From the IMG/VR virus record IMGVR_UViG_3300028534_000019, positions 31,091-95,090 of that record: a DNA stretch of 64,000 nucleotides; one strand, written 5' to 3'. Below are positions 1 to 9,335 of this stretch, one piece after another. The notes beneath the pieces are model-generated. The model had not been told where the DNA came from. It ran no database searches and was given only the letters and a program-made list of their open reading frames with translations. Each line of letters starts with the position of its first letter. Position 1 is the stretch's first letter. The stretch is from a virus. Its lineage: Duplodnaviria > Heunggongvirae > Uroviricota > Caudoviricetes. The position numbers and the translations under genes are program-made.

Positions 1-273
1 ACCTGAAAATTCTTTTTTTATTTTTCAAATATCACCAACTCAATCAGAATTATTAGAAGTTGGAACATATTTTTTAAGTGTACAAATAACACATAAAAAT
101 GGTGCTGATGAACTAATATTCAGAAAAGAAGTTTTACAAGCAAAACTTAAAATAAAACAACAAGGTGTTCTTCTGTAACACTTTGTTTCTACAAACAATA
201 AAAAATCTCAAAAATTAAGCAATACATAAGTATATTTTTACTATAATACACTATCAAAACAAAGGAGCAAAAT

Positions 274-618
274 GTGAATGGTTTATATGGAAGTATATTA
301 CAATCAGAAACATTGAAATATGCTGATAATATAGGTATAGAATATATACAAAAACTCAAAGAAATAGATATACAAACCCCGAAAGGTACAAAAGAAATTA
401 ATGAATACCTAACAAATGAATATTCCAAATTTAAAAAAATTGTTGATAATGATAAAATGATAGCTGAAATGTTGAAAAACACTGCTAAGTCAAGGTTTAT
501 ATTAGACCTTATAGCAAGATTTGCTGAATTTTATGATTTAAGTATTGAAGAATTTATGTATAGAGTTGGAGAACCAACACAAAAATTATTTGCTGAGGCG
601 GCAAACTTATTAGATTAA
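274..618 (+). CDS. hypothetical protein (GTG start)
   Basis: ORF of 114 aa. AAAGGAG lies 7 nt upstream of an in-frame GTG. No recognisable motifs. Confidence 0.45.
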   Translation: MNGLYGSILQSETLKYADNIGIEYIQKLKEIDIQTPKGTKEINEYLTNEYSKFKKIVDNDKMIAEMLKNTAKSRFILDLIARFAEFYDLSIEEFMYRVGEPTQKLFAEAANLLD

Positions 619-640
619 AAAATAAAATATTAGGATTAAA

Positions 641-1129
641 ATGTTTGGGAATTATGTACTAGCACAAGAGTTATTTGAAAAAACAGGTTTTGCTTCAAGC
701 AATATTTCAATGGTAATTAAAGATGATAGAATTGAAGAAGGAAATGATTATCTTAAATTTAAAAGTGTTGTTTTACTCTATAAACATTCATTAAACTTAC
801 CAAAATTTATTACTGAGCCAATGAAAAAATATGAAGATGAATTTACAGATTTAAGTGATTTGATACCTTATATATATTTCACTGAATTAACTGATGAAAA
901 TATAAAATCAATAGAAGATAAATTTGAGATTGTTGAATTAGGTGGTGGTGAAGATATGCGACCTAAGAAATTTGTAAGAATTACAGATGAAACTTTACAT
1001 AATGTTATTTATGATGACAGCAAGATTAAAGTAACAGTTGAAAATTCTGAGATTAAAGAATTAGTTCAAGGAAAATATATTGATGGTTATATACAACTTT
1101 CAAATAGAAAATCTTTAGTTTGGTATTAA
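641..1129 (+). CDS. hypothetical protein
   Basis: 162-aa ORF with an RBS-like aggatt upstream. No recognisable motifs. Confidence 0.5.
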   Translation: MFGNYVLAQELFEKTGFASSNISMVIKDDRIEEGNDYLKFKSVVLLYKHSLNLPKFITEPMKKYEDEFTDLSDLIPYIYFTELTDENIKSIEDKFEIVELGGGEDMRPKKFVRITDETLHNVIYDDSKIKVTVENSEIKELVQGKYIDGYIQLSNRKSLVWY

Positions 1130-1177
1130 AAATAAAAAATTAAGTAATTTTACTATATAATACATTTACAAAACAAA

Positions 1178-1214
1178 AAGAAGTAATAAAAAAATATAAA
1201 TATTATTACTTCTT
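1178..1214 (+). promoter_or_regulatory. 12-bp perfect hairpin (AAGAAGTAATAA / TTATTACTTCTT) whose 13-nt loop carries a T4-late-type TATAAATA box
   Basis: Inverted repeat read directly. TATAAATA at 1195-1202 lies in the loop. The element sits between ORF 641-1129 and the gp32 gene. Confidence 0.4.
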
Positions 1215-1292
1215 TAACATATAATAAAGAGTTATCATTTTATTGATGCTCTTTACAGTATGTTAAATAAGGTGCGATTAAATCGTTGGAAA

Positions 1293-1330
1293 TGTTAGAA
1301 ATTGTTAGATTTCGTTAAATAATTGTTAGA
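1293..1330 (+). promoter_or_regulatory. Three direct (T)TGTTAGA repeats in the gp32 5' leader (candidate autoregulatory operator)
   Basis: tgttaga at 1293, 1303 and 1324, immediately upstream of the gp32 RBS (aaaaggaaaa). By analogy with T4 gp32 translational autoregulation. Confidence 0.3.
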
Positions 1331-1344
1331 AAAAGGAAAAATAT

Positions 1345-2358
1345 ATGTTAGATTTTAACAGCAACTCATTAGATTGGGATTCACTAGAAAAAAATTTAGG
1401 TGCGGATGTCAAAGACAAACCAAAGAAAAACTACAAAGATGATAGATTGTGGAGATTAGCTCAAGATGAAAATGGAGCAGGTGGAGCAATTATCAGATTA
1501 CTACCAGACCCTGAGGGTAAACCATTCATCAGACTTTACAAACACGCTTTTAGTTCATATGACCCTATTAAGAAAAGACAAAGATGGTATATTGGTACTT
1601 CACCACAAACTATTGAACAACCTTGTCCAGCTAGTGATTTATGGCAGTCTTTAATGGGAATTGGTACAGAAGAAGCAAAACAAGAGGCTAGAAGTTTTAA
1701 TAGAAGTATTAAATATATGTGTAACATCAAAGTTATTAAAGACCCAGCAAACCCACAAAATGAGGGTAAAATTTTCTTATGGGAATTTGGTACAAAACTT
1801 AAAGATAAATTTATGGCGGCTCTCAACCCATCAGAAACAGAAAGACAAATGGGAGAAGAACCAAAACAACTTTTCAATCCATTTACAGGGTGTAATGTAA
1901 AACTCAAAATTAAAAAAGTAGCTGGATTCCCTAACTATGATGAAACTGAAATTATGGGTGTAAGTGCTATTTATGAAAATGGAGATGTTGCCAAAGAAGA
2001 TATTCTTGCTAATGGGCATAAACTTTCAGAGTTCTTAAAACCTGATGCTTTTGATTCATATGAAGAACTTAAAGGTAAACTTAAATATGTTCTTGAAACA
2101 TATAAACCTAAACATCTTGATGAAGTTGTTTTTAGAAATGCTGTTGCACCTCTTATTAGTGGAACTAGTGGAACTAATGAGGAAGCACCAAAAACAGAAA
2201 GTGTTAAAGAAAATGTTGTTGATAGTGTAGATGTATCTCAAACTGAAACACCTGCTAATGATGTTCAAGAAACACCAAAAGTAGAAACAAAACAAGATAC
2301 AACCCAATCAGCACCATCAGCACAAAGTGATGATTTATCATTCTTAGAAGACCTTTAG
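1345..2358 (+). CDS. 32: T4 gp32-like single-stranded DNA-binding protein
   Basis: Segments align with T4 gp32: AIIRLLPDPEGKPF, IKVIKDPANPQNEGKIFLWEFG and NVKLKIKKVAGFPNYDE. Acidic C-terminal tail DDLSFLEDL. Confidence 0.9.
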   Translation: MLDFNSNSLDWDSLEKNLGADVKDKPKKNYKDDRLWRLAQDENGAGGAIIRLLPDPEGKPFIRLYKHAFSSYDPIKKRQRWYIGTSPQTIEQPCPASDLWQSLMGIGTEEAKQEARSFNRSIKYMCNIKVIKDPANPQNEGKIFLWEFGTKLKDKFMAALNPSETERQMGEEPKQLFNPFTGCNVKLKIKKVAGFPNYDETEIMGVSAIYENGDVAKEDILANGHKLSEFLKPDAFDSYEELKGKLKYVLETYKPKHLDEVVFRNAVAPLISGTSGTNEEAPKTESVKENVVDSVDVSQTETPANDVQETPKVETKQDTTQSAPSAQSDDLSFLEDL

Positions 2359-2372
2359 TCTTCTAAGATTTG
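2342..2372 (+). terminator. Hairpin overlapping the gp32 stop (TCTTAGAAGAC-cttta-GTCTTCTAAGA) followed by TTTGG
   Basis: 11-bp perfect inverted repeat read in sequence. The downstream T-run is weak. Confidence 0.35.
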
Positions 2373-2381
2373 GATTGTAAA

Positions 2382-3512
2382 ATGAAACATAATTCTATAA
2401 TAGTAATAGATTTTTCTCATTTATCAAGTAGAATGTTATATGTTGCTGTATCACAAGCACATCCAAAAAAGAAAAATGGTAAATTTATTACTTCTGATTT
2501 TGTGAAATATTATAAACATTTGATATTTAATTCTTTACAATCAGTAAATACTAAGTTTAAAGGTGATATAATTATTGCTATGGATGGCAGAGATAATTGG
2601 AGAAAGAAATTTTATCCATTATATAAAGCACATAGGGCAAAAGATAGAGATAAATCTGAAATAAATTTTGCTGAATATTATGAAGAACTTGATAAGGTAG
2701 CAAATGCTTTAGAAAATTATTTCCCTTATAAAGTTATTAAAGTAGATGAAGCAGAAGCAGATGATATTGCTGGGGTTATAAGTAATACTTATGGTAATGA
2801 AATGAATATAACTTTAGTTACATCAGACCACGATTGGCAACAAGTACAAGCAGAAAATGATTTAATTACATTTTTTGACCCAATTAAAAGACTTGAAATA
2901 GAAATATCAGCAGATATGCAGGAAATTATTGATACACCTGAGGGTAAAATGTCAAGATTTACAGTAATTCATACCTTATTAGGTGATGATGGGGATAATG
3001 TACCGGGTGTTGTTAAATATACTGAATTTTCAGATAGTTTTATTTCTTTCTTAAAAGAAAATGGTATATATGATGTATCAGTTAAGAATTTTCATAAACT
3101 GAGTATGGCAGATGAACTACTTCAAAAATTTGATGTTTATAAAGTAGTTAAATCAGGGAAGAAAAAAGGGCAATTTTCAGATATTAAAGATATTTACAAA
3201 ACAAAAGCATTCGGAAAAGTTAAGGCTGAAAAAGTTTCACAAAATTCTGAAACACTTAATAAGTTTTTAGATTCTGATGAAATGTATAGAGATAATTTTA
3301 AAAGAAATGCTGTTTTAGTTGATTTCAATAAAATTCCAAAATTTGTAGAAGAAAAAATACTACAAGAATATAAAACAAAAAATAATCTTGCTAAAAATAA
3401 CAAGATATTAGAATATTTTATAAATGAAGGTTTGGGTGAGATGGTTCAAAAAGTTCATCTTTTTTATGGTGACTCAGATGAATCATCACTTGATGATTTT
3501 TTAGAATGGTAG
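2382..3512 (+). CDS. rnh: T4 RNase H-like 5'-3' exonuclease (FEN family)
   Basis: IVIDFSHL..., IIIAMDGRDNWRKKFYPLYKAHRAK, KVDEAEADDIAG and TSDHDWQQV match T4 rnh motifs. The ATG at 2382 is preferred over the track's TTG at 2370. Confidence 0.85.
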   Translation: MKHNSIIVIDFSHLSSRMLYVAVSQAHPKKKNGKFITSDFVKYYKHLIFNSLQSVNTKFKGDIIIAMDGRDNWRKKFYPLYKAHRAKDRDKSEINFAEYYEELDKVANALENYFPYKVIKVDEAEADDIAGVISNTYGNEMNITLVTSDHDWQQVQAENDLITFFDPIKRLEIEISADMQEIIDTPEGKMSRFTVIHTLLGDDGDNVPGVVKYTEFSDSFISFLKENGIYDVSVKNFHKLSMADELLQKFDVYKVVKSGKKKGQFSDIKDIYKTKAFGKVKAEKVSQNSETLNKFLDSDEMYRDNFKRNAVLVDFNKIPKFVEEKILQEYKTKNNLAKNNKILEYFINEGLGEMVQKVHLFYGDSDESSLDDFLEW

Positions 3513-3516
3513 TTTA

Positions 3517-3786
3517 TTATTCTGAAAAAACAAATTTTACAAAGGAATATTGTTTCCATATTTCACTTTTTTGAAGTGTTGTATTAATAAATGCTTCAAG
3601 TCTATCAGGATATTTATAAGAATTTATTCTTTTTATATTATGTTCTGATAGTTCTTTACTTGGTATTATTTTTTTATCCCCTAAAATTGCTAGACTATTT
3701 GATAAAATATAGTTTGCTTCTTCATTAGAATTTCTTTCAAGTAAAGTTTTATATATGTTATTGATGTTTTCATTAGAAAAAATCAT
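3517..3786 (-). CDS. hypothetical protein (minus strand)
   Basis: 89-aa ORF filling the rnh-primase gap. No motifs. Confidence 0.4.
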   Translation of the reverse strand: MIFSNENINNIYKTLLERNSNEEANYILSNSLAILGDKKIIPSKELSEHNIKRINSYKYPDRLEAFINTTLQKSEIWKQYSFVKFVFSE

Positions 3787-3826
3787 ATTACATTCCTTAT
3801 TTTAAAAATATTTATAAAGGTTATTT

Positions 3827-4873
3827 ATGGCTATTATAGAACCATTAGAACAAAAATACTTCTTACTAGAAACCTCATCTAAAGACATAGGATACATTAA
3901 AAGTGATGATATATCTAAATCTTGTGATATATGTAATGAGGGTTCATCTTATGGTAGAAAACACCGACTTCATTTATACACTAAACCTACATATGATACA
4001 CCATCAATAGCGTGTTTTAATTGTGGTTATAAAGGTAATATGTATAGTTATCTTAGAGATTACCATCCTACTTTATTTGACCAATATAAAAAAGAAAAAA
4101 TGGGTAGTACCTTTAAAGAGTTAAAATTATCAAAAAATAAAAATAAAAACTCTAATAATGAAACAACAGAAGATATAAATTTAGATAATATTTTTAGTTC
4201 ACACAAAACAAAACACACACCAATATTAGGCGATTTACCAAAAAGTTTTAAGCCTTTATTAGAATTTGAAGAACCTATAAAATACTTAAAGAATAGAAAA
4301 ATAGAAAACTATGATAGATGGTATTTTTCACCAAAAGATAATAATATTGTATTTAATGGTGCTGAGGTAAGATTAAGTGAATATATTATTATACCATTCT
4401 ATAAAGAAGATAAAATATATGGTTTTCAAGCATTATCATACAAACAAAAAAGATTTTTTGTATTTTTATTAAAAGGTAATGATAGTTGGAAAGTTGAAAA
4501 TTGGTTTAATATAGATAGAGAGAAAAATATATATGTTTTTGAATCTGTTTATGATAGACTTTCATCAGGTTTAGATAATACTATTTCCCAAATGGGTGCT
4601 AGTTTATCAGTTGAAAGAATAGAAGAATTAAATAAAAATAAGCTAGTTTTTTGTTTGGATAATCAAAATATTGATGAAGCATCACAAAGAGAGTCTTTAA
4701 AATATGCTGAGAAAGGTTATAATGTTTTTATTTGGCCGACTAAGATACCAAAAAAATTTAAAGATACAAATGATTTACTAAAGGGTGGTGTACCAAAAGA
4801 AAAGATTAAAGAGATTATTGAAAATAATACCTTTAGTGGTACAGAAGCAATTTTGAGATTAAAAATGATATAA
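3827..4873 (+). CDS. 61: T4 gp61-like DNA primase
   Basis: Zn-ribbon CDICNEG...CFNCGYKGN followed by ...YLRDYHPTLFDQYKKEK, plus C-terminal VFIWPTKIPKKFKDTNDLL. These parallel T4 gp61. Confidence 0.8.
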   Translation: MAIIEPLEQKYFLLETSSKDIGYIKSDDISKSCDICNEGSSYGRKHRLHLYTKPTYDTPSIACFNCGYKGNMYSYLRDYHPTLFDQYKKEKMGSTFKELKLSKNKNKNSNNETTEDINLDNIFSSHKTKHTPILGDLPKSFKPLLEFEEPIKYLKNRKIENYDRWYFSPKDNNIVFNGAEVRLSEYIIIPFYKEDKIYGFQALSYKQKRFFVFLLKGNDSWKVENWFNIDREKNIYVFESVYDRLSSGLDNTISQMGASLSVERIEELNKNKLVFCLDNQNIDEASQRESLKYAEKGYNVFIWPTKIPKKFKDTNDLLKGGVPKEKIKEIIENNTFSGTEAILRLKMI

Positions 4874-4883
4874 AGGAATAATA

Positions 4884-5633
4884 ATGTATATACCAAGAAG
4901 AGAATTTGATGATGAACCAAAAATAATTATTTTTAGTGGTGCTGGATTGGATGCCCCATCAGGATTAAAAACTTTTAGGGGTTCTGATGGTTTATGGGAT
5001 AGCCACAAAATACAAGATATTTGTACTGAAAGTACTTGGAAACAAAATTTTGAAGAAGTTCATAATTTTTATAATGGTTTAAGAAATAAATTAGAAAAAG
5101 CACAACCAAATAAAGCACATTTAAAAATAAAAGAATTATATGAAAAGTACCCTGATAGTGTTCTAAATATTACAATGAATATATCAGACTTTTTTGAAAG
5201 GTTAGAAGTTCCAGTTCTTCATATTCACGGAGAACTTAAAAAAATGGAATGTTATGCTTGTGGTACTAAATGGGATATTGGGTATAAGCAGTGGGATATT
5301 GAAAAAGATAGGTGTCCTAAATGCAATAGTAGAAAAGGTGTGAAACCATCTATTGTATTTTTTGGTGGTCAAGCACCTATGTATAGCTACTTGTGGCGTG
5401 CTTTTGAGCATACTATGAATAAAGATACTATTGTGATTGTTATTGGTACTCAGGGTAATGTAGTGAATGTAGAAGAGAATTTAATAGGTACTCCTTGTAA
5501 GAAAATTCTTTGTAATATGGAAGCATCAGCAGATATTAATGTAAAAAAATGTGGTTTTGATAAGGTGTACTATGAAAGTATAGAAACAGCAATAGACAAA
5601 ATTATGGATGATATTGAAGAATGGAAAAAATAA
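4884..5633 (+). CDS. Sir2-family NAD-dependent deacylase / ADP-ribosyltransferase
   Basis: Sirtuin motifs FSGAGLDAPSGLKTFRGSDGLW and ITMNISDF...VLHIHGEL. Zn tetrad CYACG...CPKCN, then IVFFGG. Confidence 0.8.
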   Translation: MYIPRREFDDEPKIIIFSGAGLDAPSGLKTFRGSDGLWDSHKIQDICTESTWKQNFEEVHNFYNGLRNKLEKAQPNKAHLKIKELYEKYPDSVLNITMNISDFFERLEVPVLHIHGELKKMECYACGTKWDIGYKQWDIEKDRCPKCNSRKGVKPSIVFFGGQAPMYSYLWRAFEHTMNKDTIVIVIGTQGNVVNVEENLIGTPCKKILCNMEASADINVKKCGFDKVYYESIETAIDKIMDDIEEWKK

Positions 5634-6088
5634 AAATATTCACAAGTTACTATTCTAATATTAACAAAATCAGAGAGAATTATCCTGATTTTGTTTTAAT
5701 TTCAATTAGTGGTGGTTTGGAAAATAATATTATAACTTTAATAGATGATTGGGATAAAAGGTTAGCACCTAAAAAAGATTTCTTCTTAGAGTATAAAAAT
5801 TCAAAAGAAGGTTTACCACGAGAGATTAAATATGTAAAAGAATTTAATGATAAAGTTCTATATAAAGATAAAATAAAAATAATTATAAACTCTTGGTTAG
5901 AAAAATATCCAAACAAAACTATTGTAATGCTTTGTTATGAACATCCTAAAGATTTTTGTCATAGACAAATAGTAGCTAAAGAAATTGAAACTGTTTTTAA
6001 TGTTGATGTAAAAGAATTATTTTTTGAAAATTATGAAAGAATAGATTATAAAATGTTTCCTAAAGGCTTAGATGAAGATGAATGGTAA
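5621..6088 (+). CDS. DUF488-like protein (LCYEHPKDFCHRQIV signature), overlapping the Sir2 stop
   Basis: N-terminal IKIFTSYYS and C-terminal ...IVMLCYEHPKDFCHRQIVA resemble the DUF488 ALLCaE..CHR signature. Its start overlaps the Sir2 stop by 13 nt. Confidence 0.4.
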   Translation: MEKIKIFTSYYSNINKIRENYPDFVLISISGGLENNIITLIDDWDKRLAPKKDFFLEYKNSKEGLPREIKYVKEFNDKVLYKDKIKIIINSWLEKYPNKTIVMLCYEHPKDFCHRQIVAKEIETVFNVDVKELFFENYERIDYKMFPKGLDEDEW

Positions 6089-6165
6089 TTATTAATTTTT
6101 TATTTAATATTGTTTTAATCTAAATCATATTATAATTTCATCATATTTAAGGAAAAGGCTATAAT

Positions 6166-6639
6166 ATGAAAAAAGAATTAAAAATAGATATATTAGATAA
6201 TCTACAAAGAAATAGTGTTTGTGTTATTTTTAAACCAAGTGATAGTGTTTCACATATACTTATTTTGGAAGAATTAGTAAATAGAGTAGTATCAAGTGAA
6301 GTGATATTAAAAAGAGATACACTTGAGTATCTTAGAGATTCAGAAATAGAAATATATCCATTAGTTTATATGTCAAAAAATGATTTTGATGAATTACCTC
6401 AAAATGTCAAAGCAAGAGTTAGTTGTGTTGATGGTGAGATGTTATTTGAAAGTGTAGAAGATGATAGACAATTATCTAAAACAACCTTTTCTATACAAAT
6501 AGAAGATAAAGAATATACAAAAGATGAACTTTTAAAAGAAGTTGTTATGAGAATGAGTAATTTAGAAGATGGTACTTATGCTAGTACACCTGATGATTAT
6601 GATGACTTTTATAGTTCTTACAGTTTTAAAAAGATTTAA
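6166..6639 (+). CDS. hypothetical acidic protein
   Basis: 157-aa ORF with a TATAAT plus AAGGAAAAGG upstream. Confidence 0.5.
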   Translation: MKKELKIDILDNLQRNSVCVIFKPSDSVSHILILEELVNRVVSSEVILKRDTLEYLRDSEIEIYPLVYMSKNDFDELPQNVKARVSCVDGEMLFESVEDDRQLSKTTFSIQIEDKEYTKDELLKEVVMRMSNLEDGTYASTPDDYDDFYSSYSFKKI

Positions 6640-6705
6640 TTTTTAAGTTTCATTTAAGTTTAATATGTTATAATTTTACATATCAAAAGACAAAAAGGAT
6701 TTAAA
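6640..6705 (+). repeat. 66-nt promoter/RBS module, copy 1 (near-identical to 36836-36901)
   Basis: ttttaagtttcatttaagt[t/c]taatatgttataattttacatatcaaaagacaaaaaggatttaaaATG occurs twice with a single mismatch. Confidence 0.85.
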
Positions 6706-6954
6706 ATGTCACAAATTAATTTCAAAAAAGTTTCTTACTATGTAGTTTCAATTATGGTATTATTTTCTTTAATAGCAATATTATCAAAACCATCACAAAT
6801 TGAGATAGATGTAAAATCAGGTACTAAAACTCTAACTTGTGAATTTGCTGATGGATGGAGAGAAATAGAACCTGAAAAAGTTGTTGGGTTTAATGATGAA
6901 AATGGATATTGGACTTTTACAAATGGTTATGCTAAAAATTGTGAGGTTAGATAG
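6706..6954 (+). CDS. small membrane-anchored protein
   Basis: Hydrophobic segment YYVVSIMVLFSLIAIL after a short N-terminus. Lies behind the repeated promoter module. Confidence 0.5.
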   Translation: MSQINFKKVSYYVVSIMVLFSLIAILSKPSQIEIDVKSGTKTLTCEFADGWREIEPEKVVGFNDENGYWTFTNGYAKNCEVR

Positions 6955-7157
6955 TGTTTGTTGATAAAATTTTAGAAAATGGTGTAGAGTGTGTTTTTAT
7001 TACACACTCCAACAAAATAAGAAAGGCATATAGATATAAAAATATTATTTGGAAAATATATGCTAGTGGTGGTTATTCTGAAGTTTTTGAAAGTGAAATT
7101 CAATTCTCAGGAACAAGAGAAGAAGCAAAACAGAAATATCCTGAATTATTTTTTTAA
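6954..7157 (+). CDS. small protein with C-terminal KYPELFF tag
   Basis: 67 aa. Ends ...KQKYPELFF-stop. One of seven YPE-tag proteins in the window. Confidence 0.5.
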   Translation: MFVDKILENGVECVFITHSNKIRKAYRYKNIIWKIYASGGYSEVFESEIQFSGTREEAKQKYPELFF

Positions 7158-7166
7158 AGGTTAGAT

Positions 7167-7463
7167 ATGGATTTAGATAAAATAAGATTAATAGAAACAA
7201 ATAGTGCTTTAGGTTATATGGAAGTAGCATACCTAATACAAATAAATGAAAAAGAAATGCTTTGTGTGTATTCAAATGAAGAAGGATATGTAGGTGACCA
7301 TTCTTGGGTGGTTGGTGAAGTGTATGATATGTTTGAATATGAGAGTGATTATGATGAAGTAATTAATGATAAGAAAGAAATGGTATTAAAAGATTCTCCT
7401 CTATATGGTGATTTTTTATTTGACTTTTTCTTAAAACATCTAATTAAGAATAAACTATGTTAG
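7167..7463 (+). CDS. hypothetical protein
   Basis: 98-aa ORF. Confidence 0.45.
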   Translation: MDLDKIRLIETNSALGYMEVAYLIQINEKEMLCVYSNEEGYVGDHSWVVGEVYDMFEYESDYDEVINDKKEMVLKDSPLYGDFLFDFFLKHLIKNKLC

Positions 7464-8191
7464 ACTATATATCTATATTAGCTGGTGGTTCTTGTAAATT
7501 TAATTGTGAATTTTGTGTTGGTAATTCTATAAGAGAAAATATCACACCTCATTATAGTTCAAAAATCAAAGGTTTTTTAGAATGTTATGCTGATAGAACA
7601 CAATTACTTTCAGTTTCAGGTGATACTTCAGACCCATCATTAATAAGTGAAACAATATTTATTCCTGTTGAAGCAAAAGAGTATAATAAAGATATAAAAG
7701 TTAGCATACATACAAGGGATATATATTTTACTGAAAAAGCAATGGATTATGGTTATGATAAAATTGTTTTAAGTATTGATGAAACACTTTCAGAAAATGA
7801 TTATCAAACCTTAGTAAATTATTATTACCACTATGGTTATAATATTAGATTAAGTTTTGTTTTAACATCATCTAATTTTTGGATTATTGATGAATGGAAA
7901 AAAGATTTTCCAGCATTATTTGATATGGAATTAACAATAAGACCTGATGTATTTGAAAAAGATGAGGTTTTTAGAAAACATATTTTTTTAGAAACATTTC
8001 TTGGTATAGATGGAGATTGGCAAAATATAGAGCAATATAAAAATGAATATGGTGCTATTGTTTTAGAAAAGTACCCTAATGTTTGGTATTGGGATTATAA
8101 TGTTACTAATAAAAATCTTGATGTTTTATATCTTTTTAGTAATGGTGACATAAAAAATAATTGTAAGTGGGAAAATTTATATGAAAATTAG
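7457..8191 (+). CDS. radical SAM domain protein (activase/QueE-like)
   Basis: N-terminal GGSCKFNCEFCVG, i.e. a CxxxCxxC cluster. Confidence 0.65.
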   Translation: MLDYISILAGGSCKFNCEFCVGNSIRENITPHYSSKIKGFLECYADRTQLLSVSGDTSDPSLISETIFIPVEAKEYNKDIKVSIHTRDIYFTEKAMDYGYDKIVLSIDETLSENDYQTLVNYYYHYGYNIRLSFVLTSSNFWIIDEWKKDFPALFDMELTIRPDVFEKDEVFRKHIFLETFLGIDGDWQNIEQYKNEYGAIVLEKYPNVWYWDYNVTNKNLDVLYLFSNGDIKNNCKWENLYEN

Positions 8192-8423
8192 ATTAATAGA
8201 TTATAAAGAAGAAAGTTTTGATTTTCCTTACCCACCAAATTATGGTATGGATTTAGCAAAAATAAAAATAATGGGTAGTACTTTAGATATAGATAAGAAA
8301 CTATCTAAACATCTTGCTGAGTATAATTATTTTATGTATAAGGGTATGAAGATATTTTTTGAAGATTTAAACAATGACTCAAAAAAGAAAATGTATTCAG
8401 AATACCCTGAATATTACTTTTAG
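8181..8423 (+). CDS. small protein with C-terminal EYPEYYF tag
   Basis: 80 aa. Ends ...YSEYPEYYF-stop. Confidence 0.5.
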   Translation: MKIRLIDYKEESFDFPYPPNYGMDLAKIKIMGSTLDIDKKLSKHLAEYNYFMYKGMKIFFEDLNNDSKKKMYSEYPEYYF

Positions 8424-8438
8424 TGATTAGGGGATTAT

Positions 8439-8795
8439 ATGAGTTTAGAAAGTACAGTGGCTTCACAGTCAATACACCCAGGAACATATGAAGTACATTG
8501 GGAAAATACATTCGATACAAAAGAAATAGTTAGTACAATAGAAATAAAACAAACTATATATTCTAGTAATCAATTAAAAAAAGTTCTTAAAAAATTATTA
8601 AAAAATTTTGATAAATTAAATAGTGAAATAAAATTAATAGAACCATCATATAATAATACTGAAGAAAAAATTAATAGAACATTTGCTATAATTGATATGA
8701 ATAATGAATATGAGATTAATAAACTAATTTCAGAAGGGTATTCTTTAAAAGAGATACACCAAGGTAAATTTATATTATACAAAAGGATTATATAA
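8439..8795 (+). CDS. hypothetical protein
   Basis: 118-aa ORF. Confidence 0.45.
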   Translation: MSLESTVASQSIHPGTYEVHWENTFDTKEIVSTIEIKQTIYSSNQLKKVLKKLLKNFDKLNSEIKLIEPSYNNTEEKINRTFAIIDMNNEYEINKLISEGYSLKEIHQGKFILYKRII

Positions 8796-9316
8796 TGGTT
8801 TTAAATTTTTATGGCGGGCCGGGTATTGGTAAAAGTACAAAAGCATCAGAGTTATTTTTTAGATGTAAACAACAAAACTTACAGGTTGAATTAATACACG
8901 AGTTTGCTAAAGATATGGTTTATTCTCAATCTATGGAAATATTGAAAGACCAATATTATGTAGGTGCTAATCAACATCATAGGGTGTGGAGAGTTCATAA
9001 CTATTACTTACAACAAGGTTTTAAAGAGGATGAATTTCTTATAATAACTGATAGTCCTATTTTGTTGGGTGCGGCTTATACTGATGATGATAAATTAAGA
9101 GATTTTATTTTTGAAACTTCAGAAAGATATAATAATATTAATATTATGCTAACAAGAAAATTTAATTACCAAGAAGAGGGAAGAAACCAAGATTTAAAAG
9201 GTGCTATTGAGATTGATAAAAAAGTTTTAGATTTATTAAATAAAACTTCTTATATAGAAACAAATGATACAGATAAAATTTTATCTCTAATTAAGGAAAA
9301 AATGAGTACAATATAA
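8795..9316 (+). CDS. P-loop NTPase / nucleotide kinase-like
   Basis: Walker A FYGGPGIGKST. Kinase-sized at 173 aa. Confidence 0.6.
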   Translation: MVLNFYGGPGIGKSTKASELFFRCKQQNLQVELIHEFAKDMVYSQSMEILKDQYYVGANQHHRVWRVHNYYLQQGFKEDEFLIITDSPILLGAAYTDDDKLRDFIFETSERYNNINIMLTRKFNYQEEGRNQDLKGAIEIDKKVLDLLNKTSYIETNDTDKILSLIKEKMSTI

Positions 9317-9335
9317 ATATTAAAAAGGAGATAAA

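Noticed and set aside
189-482. 97-aa minus-strand ORF overlapping the 274-618 + ORF. Similar short minus-strand ORFs lie at 1536-1907, 2056-2307, 5202-5411, 13407-13589, 20465-20791, 27635-27838, 32108-32341, 41334-41546 and 50739-51005
   Set aside because: All are antisense to long + strand genes with clear homologies (gp32, Sir2, terminase, DnaK/DnaJ, SPFH, Hsp70, tape measure). They have low-complexity F/L/I/K-rich translations typical of A/T-rich antisense frames and no RBS.
1466-1900. Alternative + frame ORFs (1466-1654, 1661-1900) inside the gp32 gene. Similar ones lie at 2045-2230, 20689-20880 and 27642-27845
   Set aside because: They overlap a confidently identified gene in another frame and have no independent support.
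2370-2381. TTG start given by the ORF track for the RNase H gene
   Set aside because: The TTG sits inside the gp32 terminator hairpin. The ATG at 2382 aligns with the T4 RNase H N-terminus, so the longer form is probably an ORF-caller extension.
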